From positions 56,482,001-56,546,000 of the forward strand of contig OZ076413.1 in the NCBI GenBank assembly GCA_964187785.1: a stretch of DNA of 64,000 bases, read 5' to 3'. Source of the stretch: Amphiscolops sp. MND2022. Taxonomy: Eukaryota. Of the stretch, positions 11,142 through 20,411 are shown in pieces. Under the pieces are notes generated by a model. The model was not told the origin of the DNA and did no database searches. It saw only the letters and a list, made by a program, of their open reading frames with translations. The translations under genes were made by a program, and so were the position numbers. Every line of letters starts with the position of its first letter. Position 1 is the first letter of the stretch.

Positions 11142-14100
11142 TCAAGTGTCAGAAGAGATATTTGACTCCAGCAGGGTAGGATTTGGGACTGAATTGTCAA
11201 GTACTAGCTTTCTGAGTTTTACTACAGGGCGTATTAGGTATCCTGTGGCAGTTTTTACTTTGAAAACTCTATTAACTTCATCATTTCCGTCGTATGACTC
11301 TATGATTCTTCCAAGTTTCCAAACTAAAGGTGGTTGATTGTCTTCTGCGATAACTACCATGTCTCCAACAATCATTCTTTGGCCGTCTTTAAACCACTTT
11401 TTACGAATTTGGAGATGCACCAGGTAGTCTCTCTGCCAAGACTTCCAAAATGATCTAATTAGATTCTTAACGAGTCTGTATCTTTCTGTTAGGTTCAGTG
11501 CTTTCTCATTTTTGTATGTTGGAAGGGTCTTCAGGGGCTCTCCAATGAGAAAGTGTGCCGGCGTTAGAGGCTCTAAATCGTTTGGGCTAGTAGAAAGTGG
11601 AGTGAGCGGTCTTGAATTGAGAATTGCTTCGATTTCTGTAACATAAGTTGAGAGTTCTTCTTGCGAGAGAATTTGATTGCCAACTGTTCTCCTGAGATGA
11701 TGTTTCATTCTCTTAATGGCAGATTCCCACAGTCCACCAAAATGTGGAGTGCGAGGAGGAATCATAACCCATTCCAAACCAATGTCTTTACCAAAGTCAG
11801 TAATTGAATTTGCATGTTCGTCTTGCATATTCGTCTTCAATAGCTCTTGAATCTTCAAGATATCATTGCGAGCACCAATGAAGTTTGTGGCATTGTCTGA
11901 GTAAATGCGCCTTGGGACTCCTCTCCGTGAAACGAACCGCTTCAGGGCTGACAGACAAGCTTCTTTAGACAGAGATCCGACTATTTCTAAGTGAACTGCC
12001 TTGATTGAGAAACATACGAAAACAGCGATGTATGTCTTGTTATCTGGAATAGTGATAATTGGTCCAGCAAAGTCCAGTCCTGTATAGCTGAATGGCTTGG
12101 AAGGGGTGACCCTTTCTGTTGGAAGGTCTGCCATGACTTGATAAGGCGGTTTCAGATTGAATTTTTGACATTTTACACACAGTTTTATTACTGCATTTAC
12201 TTGATGTTTTCCCGATGTGCACCAATATTCTTGCCTCATTAAGTTGAGTGTTATCTGGCCCCCACCATGAAGGGAACCTTCATGAAAATGACGAATTACG
12301 AGGATGGTAAAATGCCCAGAGGGTGGAAGAAGAACAGGAAACTTCTTGTTTTCCGAATAATAGGATTGAGCAAGTCGGCCGCCGACTCTTATGACTTTAA
12401 ATTCTTCATCAAAGAATGGATTAAGATTCAGCAGGTTACTTTTGCAATTAATGGGACGCCTTTGGGAAAGAGCAGTGAACTCGTTGATGAAGTAAATTCT
12501 TTGCAGTTGAGAGACGATTAGAAATTTTGCTGTTTGTATTTCAGCAAATGAATAAGAACCTTTCGATATTCTTATGTCTGAATGAAGAGCTTTGAGGAAT
12601 ATTTGCTTGATGCGAAGAATGAAGCACACAGTGTTCAAAAGGCGTCGAAGTGACGAAAACCGAGAAATGTCGATTAACGGAATAGAATCTAATGACAAAT
12701 TAGTTCCAGTTAAAGAACTTACAGCCTCTGTATTCGAAACAACTTCTTTTGTGATTCGTGTTTCAGGGGGTTCTGTAGTGTCTAGGGGAAGCTTGGGCCA
12801 TTCTGAATGCTGTTTCATTAACCACGAAGGACCATACCACCACAGAGAGGATTTTTTGAGGTCGACTGGAGACATGCCTCTGGATGGCAGATCGGCTGGA
12901 TTAGAAGTGGTTGGGACATGGTTCCATTTGTCTGGAGAAATGCTGTCTTGTATGATGGCTACACGGTTTGCAACAAAAGTGGTCCACTTTCGGGGAGGCT
13001 TAGCAATCCACTGGAGTACAATAGTAGAGTCCGACCAAGCGAAAACTTCATAGTTTTGAAATTTCGTGAGATGAAGCAATTCTTCAATAATCTTGATTAA
13101 CTTGCAGCCAAGGTGGGCAGCACATAATTCCAGTCTGGGAAGCGAGATCTGCTTGATAGGGGCAATACGACTTTTTGAAGCTAGAAGGCGAGTAGTTACA
13201 ACCCCATTTTCGTCAACAAATCTAGAATAGACAGCTGCGGCATATGCTGATTCAGATGCATCAGTAAAAAGGTGAAGTTGGAAACTTTGGTTTTTTCCAG
13301 GGGACAAAAGACATCTGGGAAGAGCAAGGTCATTGAGGCTTGGTAGCTGTTCACGCAGTGTCATCCATTGATCTTGGATGTGCGGTGGAAGAAGTTCATC
13401 CCATTGAATTCCAGTCGTCCAAATTTCCTGCATTAGTACCTTGTACCTGGTAATGATTGGAGCGAGCCAACCCAGTGGATCAAAGAGCTTGGACAAGTCG
13501 GATAAAAATGTCCGCTTTGTATAGGCAGTCAATTCAAGAAGAAGGACTTCGAAGGTGAAAACATCCAGATTGGGCTTCCATTTGACACCGAGTGTTTTTA
13601 TTTGATAATCATTATCCAAAATTTTGTCTTTCTCAGCAGTTTCGCGAAGATGTGTTGGCAGATCCAAAGTGATTTCTGGATCACTTGATGTCCACTTTCG
13701 TAATTCAAACCCATGTTTCCGCAGTTCTTCGGAAACACCGAGCAGTAGAAGCTTGGCCTCAGCAGTGGAAGAAGCACCACTTAAGAAATCATCAACGTAG
13801 AAATCGTTTTGAATGGACGACACAAAAAGTGTCTCCCCACATAGCTCGGCAACTTGTTTGAGGCATCTGGTGGCGTGGAAGGCTGAGGAGGCTATTCCGT
13901 ACGTGACACGGGTCATACGAAGGTGCTGTAAAGGTTCGGTCGGATTATCTCGCCATAAGATACGATGAAAATCACGATCGTTTGTATCTAGACCAACTTG
14001 TCTATACATTTTAGCCACATCTCCACTGATGGCGACTCTGTGGAATCGGAATCGCATTAATGTTGAGAATAAATCCGGCTGTATAGTACTGCCAACCATC

Positions 14101-16328
14101 AGGGACTCATTCAATGAAATTCCACTTTGAGACTTTGCGGATCCGTCAAACACAACGCGTAGTTTCGTGGTTGTTGAATCTTCCTTAATTACGCTGTGAT
14201 GAGGCAGATAGAAGACTTGGTCACATGGTTTTTCAAGGTCAGCATTGGGAACAAGCTCCAAATGACCGAGGTCACGGAATTCTTGGATAAATTCTTTGTA
14301 TTTTGTCTTGGTATTTGGCATTGATTGCAATCGTTTTTCTAGTGAGAAAAATCGTCTTTGAGCTTGCTGAAGACTTTCGCCTAGTTTTGGAGATTCTTTC
14401 TTAAATGGCAGTTTTACAATGAATCGGCCATTGTCGTCTTGAGTAGTGGTAGCGCGGAAATGCTCTTCGCATGCGATTTCTTCTTTAGTGAGTTTTGATT
14501 GGGTCGGAATTTGTTCTAGTTCCCAAAAATTTTTCAAATTAAATTCTGAAGTGACATGATAGGATTGCGTGGGATGATTGATTCTGGACGAAGTTTGTCC
14601 TGATGCTACCCAACCAAACTCAGTTTTACGAAAGTATAGGCCATTGCTAGTTTTGATTTTTTCATCCAATACAACATCTTCGAAAATATCTGCTCCTAAG
14701 ATCAGATCAATCTCACGTGGATTTAAGTAGTCTGTGTCAGCCAAAGGACTTACTTCAGGTGGTACAACTATCCGTTCTGGATTTTGCACAGAGGGCATGG
14801 TTGAAGCTAGCCTTGGCAAGATGAATGCTCTAACATTGAAAATTTTGTTGGAATCAATAGTTGATTTGATTTGAAATTGAGTTGAGGCAGTTGGAGTTCT
14901 TTGTTTTCTATCTCCAATTCCAGTTAGATGGAGCATTTGCTTTTTCCTCTTCAAGTTGAGTAATTGAGCGCAACTTTCAGTGATAAAAGAGCTCTGAGAA
15001 CCACTATCCAAAAGGGCTCTGCATGAGATGATAGAGTTGTCCGATGAAATGACGTTGACCATAGCGGTAGGAAGAAGTGTACAAAAACTGTCTCCCCACT
15101 TCGTGGAAAGGTTACTTTGAACCTTTTCGCTTGTTTTACGAATGGAATCATCATGGAGCATGGTATGATGCTTTTTCTGACATTTCTGACAAGTATTTTT
15201 GGACTTGCAATCTTTCGTTTGGTGACCAAGACGTAAGCAATTGAAGCAAACTTTCAAAATTTTGACTTTATCTCGTTTTTCTGTGATAGATAGCTGTTTG
15301 AAATGATCACACATGAAGAGTTTGTGAGATGCCTTGCATTGAGGACAGCTTTGAATGCCACTGTGGTAATTTTGGACCGGTTTTTCTTGTGAAGTTTTGT
15401 CTTGATTTGAATTTCTTGTGGACTTACCAGTCGCTTCAAGGGCATTTGCTCGTGCCTCCAAAAATGTTTTGAATTGATTCATTGTCTGGATTTCATCTCC
15501 AGTTGAATTAAGCTCCCATTGACGTCGTGTAGGGTAGTCTAATTTCTGGGATAGAACTCTGACTAAGAAACAGCTGAGTTGATCTTCTTCCTTTACAAGT
15601 TCGTTCAAAGCCATTGTGTTTTCCACAAAACAATTGACTAAGCTACGAATGCCTTCTGCAGACTCTTGATTCAAGGGCTTGAAATTGAGAATAGCATCGA
15701 TATGAGCTCGTGAAATCAGGCGTTTGTTTTCATATCTTTCCTTCAGGAGTTTCACTGCGACTTTGTAATTTGCACTTGTGATTGGTAAATGGGATAAAAG
15801 TTTGGCTGGCTCACCTTTTAAACTTGATTTGAGATAGTGGAGTTTTTGAATCTCTGGCAATCCATCGTTCGAGTCAACTGATCCATTGAAAAGGTCAAAG
15901 AAGGGTGTCCAATTCTGATAATTGCCATCGAACTTTGGTAGATCTAGTTTGGGTAATTTCAAGTGTGATGAAACTCCAACTGAATGATTGGATTCACTCC
16001 CTTCGTTTTGTGTTTGGTTGAAGCTATCGATGATGTGTTCCAATTGCTTCTTCAATTTCCTGAATTCGAAGTCTTTTTTATCAATTAGCTCTAATTCAGC
16101 TTCAATTTCATTTTCATCGGCCTGTTGGATGATTTCATCGTTGAGAGTGTTAATGAGACTTGTTTTTTCGGTGATGCTTTCAAGTACTGCTTTAACTGTA
16201 GTGAGATGGTCAACTGTGACATCGCTTGTTGATAATTCCAAAATTGGAGTAACTTGCTTTGAACTTCTTGTGATGGATGCGAATTGATAGCCACGCTTCT
16301 TTTTAAGGTCGGCTAAATTCTGTGACAT
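11142..16328 (-). CDS. Bel/Pao Gag-Pol polyprotein (about 1728 aa from the first ATG)
   Basis: Gag LKLPKLDLPKFDG; three Cys/His knuckles (CPQCKASH, CFNCLRLGH, CQKCQKKHH); protease ALLDSGSQSSF; RT YLPHH, DVAKMYRQ, FYVDDFLSG; RNase H FTDASESAY; integrase HHCC, GLDFAGP, SDNATNF, GGLWE; C-terminal WKLGRI...RPVVKL. Confidence 0.97.
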   Translation of the reverse strand: MSQNLADLKKKRGYQFASITRSSKQVTPILELSTSDVTVDHLTTVKAVLESITEKTSLINTLNDEIIQQADENEIEAELELIDKKDFEFRKLKKQLEHIIDSFNQTQNEGSESNHSVGVSSHLKLPKLDLPKFDGNYQNWTPFFDLFNGSVDSNDGLPEIQKLHYLKSSLKGEPAKLLSHLPITSANYKVAVKLLKERYENKRLISRAHIDAILNFKPLNQESAEGIRSLVNCFVENTMALNELVKEEDQLSCFLVRVLSQKLDYPTRRQWELNSTGDEIQTMNQFKTFLEARANALEATGKSTRNSNQDKTSQEKPVQNYHSGIQSCPQCKASHKLFMCDHFKQLSITEKRDKVKILKVCFNCLRLGHQTKDCKSKNTCQKCQKKHHTMLHDDSIRKTSEKVQSNLSTKWGDSFCTLLPTAMVNVISSDNSIISCRALLDSGSQSSFITESCAQLLNLKRKKQMLHLTGIGDRKQRTPTASTQFQIKSTIDSNKIFNVRAFILPRLASTMPSVQNPERIVVPPEVSPLADTDYLNPREIDLILGADIFEDVVLDEKIKTSNGLYFRKTEFGWVASGQTSSRINHPTQSYHVTSEFNLKNFWELEQIPTQSKLTKEEIACEEHFRATTTQDDNGRFIVKLPFKKESPKLGESLQQAQRRFFSLEKRLQSMPNTKTKYKEFIQEFRDLGHLELVPNADLEKPCDQVFYLPHHSVIKEDSTTTKLRVVFDGSAKSQSGISLNESLMVGSTIQPDLFSTLMRFRFHRVAISGDVAKMYRQVGLDTNDRDFHRILWRDNPTEPLQHLRMTRVTYGIASSAFHATRCLKQVAELCGETLFVSSIQNDFYVDDFLSGASSTAEAKLLLLGVSEELRKHGFELRKWTSSDPEITLDLPTHLRETAEKDKILDNDYQIKTLGVKWKPNLDVFTFEVLLLELTAYTKRTFLSDLSKLFDPLGWLAPIITRYKVLMQEIWTTGIQWDELLPPHIQDQWMTLREQLPSLNDLALPRCLLSPGKNQSFQLHLFTDASESAYAAAVYSRFVDENGVVTTRLLASKSRIAPIKQISLPRLELCAAHLGCKLIKIIEELLHLTKFQNYEVFAWSDSTIVLQWIAKPPRKWTTFVANRVAIIQDSISPDKWNHVPTTSNPADLPSRGMSPVDLKKSSLWWYGPSWLMKQHSEWPKLPLDTTEPPETRITKEVVSNTEAVSSLTGTNLSLDSIPLIDISRFSSLRRLLNTVCFILRIKQIFLKALHSDIRISKGSYSFAEIQTAKFLIVSQLQRIYFINEFTALSQRRPINCKSNLLNLNPFFDEEFKVIRVGGRLAQSYYSENKKFPVLLPPSGHFTILVIRHFHEGSLHGGGQITLNLMRQEYWCTSGKHQVNAVIKLCVKCQKFNLKPPYQVMADLPTERVTPSKPFSYTGLDFAGPIITIPDNKTYIAVFVCFSIKAVHLEIVGSLSKEACLSALKRFVSRRGVPRRIYSDNATNFIGARNDILKIQELLKTNMQDEHANSITDFGKDIGLEWVMIPPRTPHFGGLWESAIKRMKHHLRRTVGNQILSQEELSTYVTEIEAILNSRPLTPLSTSPNDLEPLTPAHFLIGEPLKTLPTYKNEKALNLTERYRLVKNLIRSFWKSWQRDYLVHLQIRKKWFKDGQRMIVGDMVVIAEDNQPPLVWKLGRIIESYDGNDEVNRVFKVKTATGYLIRPVVKLRKLVLDNSVPNPTLLESNISSDT

Positions 16329-16345
16329 TTTTGAACTGATAGTTC

Positions 16346-16363
16346 CTGGGTCTCGCGGCACCA
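16346..16363 (-). promoter_or_regulatory. Primer-binding site (TGGTGCCGCGAGACCCAG)
   Basis: Starts with TGG 5 nt after the 5' LTR. TGGTGCCG is complementary to the 3' ends of tRNA-His/Phe-type primers; the exact tRNA was not determined. Confidence 0.7.
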
Positions 16364-16368
16364 ATAAA

Positions 16369-16590
16369 TGTTGAGATTTGTTTTAGTTTGTGTAAAAAGG
16401 CTTTACAAAACTATACTTGAATTGATTGTTTGATAACCAATTGTTTTTAGAAAGCAGTTCAAGCACAGTTAACCGCCAAATTAAAGTAGTGACGAAAAGT
16501 TTGAACAAAATGTGAACAAGTCGACAAAGATAAAAAGTCACAGAAATGAACTAAATTAAATATCATATATGAATGTTTAGATTCTTTCCA
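16369..16590 (-). repeat. 5' LTR of the intact Bel/Pao element
   Basis: Direct repeat of 9470-9691; followed on the - strand by TTTAT and the PBS. Confidence 0.95.
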
Positions 16591-17316
16591 CTCAAAAATA
16601 GCAAAAGTACTTCAAAGTGTCGAGTATTTTTTACAGTAACCGAAAAACCCAAAAGCTGGACTGAATTGGCGCGCTAAAAGGGGGACCCTGTAGGATTTTT
16701 TAACATTTCTGTTGCAAAACCGAAAAATTGAAGGGGACCTTTTTGAAGTCATTAAAAAATTTCGAAAAAAAAGTCTCACCTTGCCGAAAAAAACAAAGGG
16801 GGAGCTTTTAGTCTAGCCCGGTATTGAATGCTACGCGGGAAAAAGAAAAATCTTTTTGTTTCAGTTCTCTAGGCCAAATGGTTCAATTTAACAGCATAAA
16901 TTTTCGTAGAACTTTGTAGAACTACTTTGGTCAGTTCGTGTGGATTGAAAAGAAGTCACTATAAAAGTTGTGTTTCACTTCATGAAGCGCCGGCTAAAAA
17001 TCACTGAAAAAACTCGCGCAATTCCAAAACATCCTCATAATCTCGGCTCGTTTTTATGAATACTTCAGTACTATCAGCAAGCTTTTACAAAAAATGTCCA
17101 CTTGGAACAAGTGGTTTTGAAGCAACCCTTTGAGTGATCATCAATATGATATTGTTTTAAAGTGGCTCAAAGTGGTTTTCCTCGGCGAAAGCGTTTAGGT
17201 TCAATTCATTTATCGATATTTTATTTCACACAATGACAAAATAATGGATGAAATCTTAATTTGAGGAGAAATAATTCAATCTTTTCCCATTTTCGTTTTC
17301 TCTCTTCAGTTGGTTG

Positions 17317-17319
<3 letters not shown>

Positions 17320-17364
<45 letters not shown>
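17320..17364. repeat. (CT)n microsatellite
   Basis: About 21 CT units read directly. Confidence 0.95.
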
Positions 17365-17366
<2 letters not shown>

Positions 17367-17833
17367 GGATATTGTGTTCCTCTTTTTTCTGTTTTGTTTT
17401 CCCATTTTCTCGAATTTTCTTTTTTTGTCCAATCATGTTTGAGAATACAATTCCTTCTGAATATCTTCATCCAAAAACAATATTAGTCATGATGAATATC
17501 ACAGATATCAATACGGAAAAAATTACCTGATCAAGATATCATGAAAGATCAGTTACAAGAAATGCCATCCTAATCAATATTGGGTTAGAAAAAACGGTGT
17601 ATGCATTTTCTATCAGTGTCTGATGTAGCATTTTGTAATGACTCTCTTGGCAATCGCCTTTCGAAACATTTGAGCCACATTTAAGCTTAAAGGTTCTGAC
17701 GAAACGCTTCTAAAAATATATATTTCAACATCCCATCATGAGTACATGATATACGGTCCATAATACACATCGCATAGTATTTCACAACAAATTCGATGAC
17801 GATATTCTATCATTAATTCAACAATGACGATAC

Positions 17834-18072
17834 TTTTAGACTGCCACTATATTGTTCGTTACCTCATAGTTTCTGTTCGCTTGCTTTAAAAATTTGATTT
17901 GATTTAAAAAGTGATTTAAAATTGGATAAGACCAAAGGGACCCTCTGTTTTTTTTTGTGCTGAAAAAATTGTATTTGTCAGAATTTCTCAAACAGCTCCT
18001 GAGCATAGCATAACAATATTCTGTTTTCAATAAATCTTATGCGTGGCGCCGAATTGGACCGTTCCCGGCTTG
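17834..18072 (+). mobile_element. Degenerate family A Helentron-like copy
   Basis: 3' end GGCGCCGAATTGGACCGTTCCCGGCTTGG; internal aaagggaccctctg block. Confidence 0.5.
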
Positions 18073-19961
18073 GTATTCAAATTGCGACAGCTTTTCTAGG
18101 TTCCAAGTGAACATTTTTTTTACAATTGTCGCGCTCAGTCTCTTTGTTTTTAGTACCAGCGATTAATCATCAGTTGGCTTTCTTTATGAGAAAATATAAA
18201 TACGGCTGAAAATAGTCGGGGGCACACTATAGTATTTCATTGTTTCGAAGTCTTCGGGTTTTATCGCAGCTCTTTCTTTCCATATGGATTTGTGTTTCCC
18301 TAATACTTTTCGAAACATGTTTGAATTTTATTGTGTTCAAATAGCTAGACTTCGGAAAAGGTTCCGCGAGATTAACCGCGGAAGGTTTTTGCGTTGAAAG
18401 CGAACTTGAATAATCTCTGACGTTGTTCTAAAGCAAATGTAACATCAAAGTTGAGTTAGACATTTTCATGCTTGTGTAAGCAAGCGTATTGTCATTGGCC
18501 TATATTTTAATGTGATTTTTTCCAATTATCTGACATCCGAAAGCGTCATTAATACTTCAATTCCTCCAACAATGTAAAGATTCCTGGGGGGGGGGGGGTT
18601 GGTCATGAACTTATTCACTCGGAATAGTTTACCACATTAGAATTAGAAATATATCTATCTAGCTTGGTTGGCCTTTATACTCTTTAATGTTTCTCATTCA
18701 GCTGAGACACGTCATTTGTCATTCAAAATGCCAAATAGGCACAGATGTTTTGTAAAATTGTACTTTCAGCATATTTGGTTTGACCTCATTTTGCTTGATG
18801 ACCAGATTCAAACGGATATATAACGGTCGATCAAATTTTGACTTCTCTTCTATGAATTTCAAATTTGAGTCTTTTTTGGATGGAATTCGAATCGAGTTCA
18901 GAAAAATTAAAAAAATTTTATGGTCTCAAAAACGTATTGTGAGATCTTTCAAGGCATTAATGAACATTCGCTTGTTCTTTTCCATATATTTTTTGGTTGG
19001 ACGGATGATTAAAATCATGTCTTCTTTCATCGCAATGTAAATTCTTGAACAATCTTTAAGAGGATTGCAACTGAATGTCAGTTTGTTCTATAAATCAGCA
19101 TATATACATTTTAGACACATACAGTAGTGTGATGAACATTCTTATATTTTTGAAAATTTATTGATCGAAACTTTCTTGAACTTCAAATTTAGCTAAATTT
19201 GAGTTGTTTAGAAATTGATGCGACCAAAGATTGCGATTTGCAAACCTACATGTTTTAGGTCTCAATTTGTGCTATCAACTATGTCGATTGATTTGAAATG
19301 CAAAACCTGGTTCATCAGTTACATTTAAATATCTGCACTGAATCTTGTCAAAAGTTTTGAGCTCCATAGTGATCGTCAATTTAATTTACATTAAAATCTC
19401 GGTTAAAAAATGGATCTTTTCTGTTAATTCCCCCACCGAAGTATTCCCCCCCCCCCCAGTTAAGCGGTCAAGAGAAATATCATTGAATTAATAGTAACAA
19501 CAAATCAAATTGCAGTATTTTATAACTAACTGCGATTGAAAGATTGAAACGCATCGCTGAATGTGGTGGGAAGGCGTGTAAAATAAAACATTGGGGATCC
19601 AATATATTGCATTAAAAACATTGCAATTACTTATTTTATTTTTAACTATGACAAAACTAATATTTTTTTAATTTTCACAATTATTGCCAATACTTCGGTT
19701 TTCTTAAACATGCATACTCAAAACATGCAGTTTTCTTATAGCGTGTGCAATGTGTAACACGTGCAGCGCGTGTATAGTCGAGCATTCTAGAACCGAACGC
19801 TGCACGTGTTACACATAAGGCTCGGCTTTTGCATTAGCTAGGCCACTGATTTGGATTGGCTACGACTCAAGAAAAGGAAAAGAAAAAAGTTTATTCGATC
19901 GGAATCGTTACAAAGGATGTGATGATAATTATGTGTGATAATATATACTGTGGCTTGTAAG

Positions 19962-20410
19962 ATGAGTTTCTCTCGTGAAGGGATATGCGAACTCTACTTT
20001 TCTGTTCTTGAGGATAAAGGACAGAAAACTGTATAGATATGTAACTGTAAAACAAAACGGGAACTTGCAAAGAAATCAGGATATTCTAATCTAATGTCAC
20101 ACATAGTATCCCAACATGATTATTCAAAAGATATGTCTTTAATCAGACCAAATAAACAACAAATGTTAGATTTTGCTAGTTTTAGCATTAAAGGCATATG
20201 GATTAATTCGTGGTTAGACTGGATTATATCTGACGAACTTGAGTTTTCTTTTGTTGATCAACCACTCATTCATATACTAATTGACAAACCATGACTCGGC
20301 AGACACTTATGGAGTTCATGGACTTAGTTACAAAAGGAGTAGGGAAACCTTTTTAAAAGACCTTATCGATACTTTTGGCGTTTTTTTCGATCACTGGAGA
20401 TACAGCACAA
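19962..20410 (+). pseudogene. Frameshifted hAT-like transposase N-terminal fragment
   Basis: BED-like finger CNC...SGYSNLMSHIVSQH, then SWLDWIISDELEFSFVD, SRETFLK and FGVFFDHW (first catalytic Asp context). Truncated by the Gypsy remnant. Confidence 0.6.
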
Positions 20411-20411
20411 C

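Larger units (their letters stand above)
9470..16590 (-). mobile_element. Full-length, intact Bel/Pao LTR retrotransposon carrying a JmjC cargo gene
   Basis: Two 222-bp LTRs (9470-9691, 16369-16590) that are identical by eye and have TG...CA ends. 5-bp TSD CTCAA at 9465-9469 and 16591-16595. PBS-like TGGTGCCGCG just inside the 5' LTR, polypurine tract AGGAGAGGAG before the 3' LTR, and a single open gag-pol ORF. Confidence 0.97.
9211..16830 (-). mobile_element. Family A Helentron-like copies (reverse orientation); one is split by the Bel/Pao insertion (9424-9469 + 16591-~16830)
   Basis: Reverse 3' ends AACAAGCC(C/G)GGAACGG at 9211 and 9424. The sequence ...aaagctcaa|aaatagcaaaag resumes after the 5' LTR. 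Confidence 0.7.

Noticed and set aside
12040-16294. Short ORFs overlapping gag-pol on either strand (and similarly at 54584-58306)
   Set aside because: Shadow frames of a long coding sequence; no independent signals.
17221-17530. ORFs with ERERER / SLSLSL runs
   Set aside because: Products of the (CT)n microsatellite.
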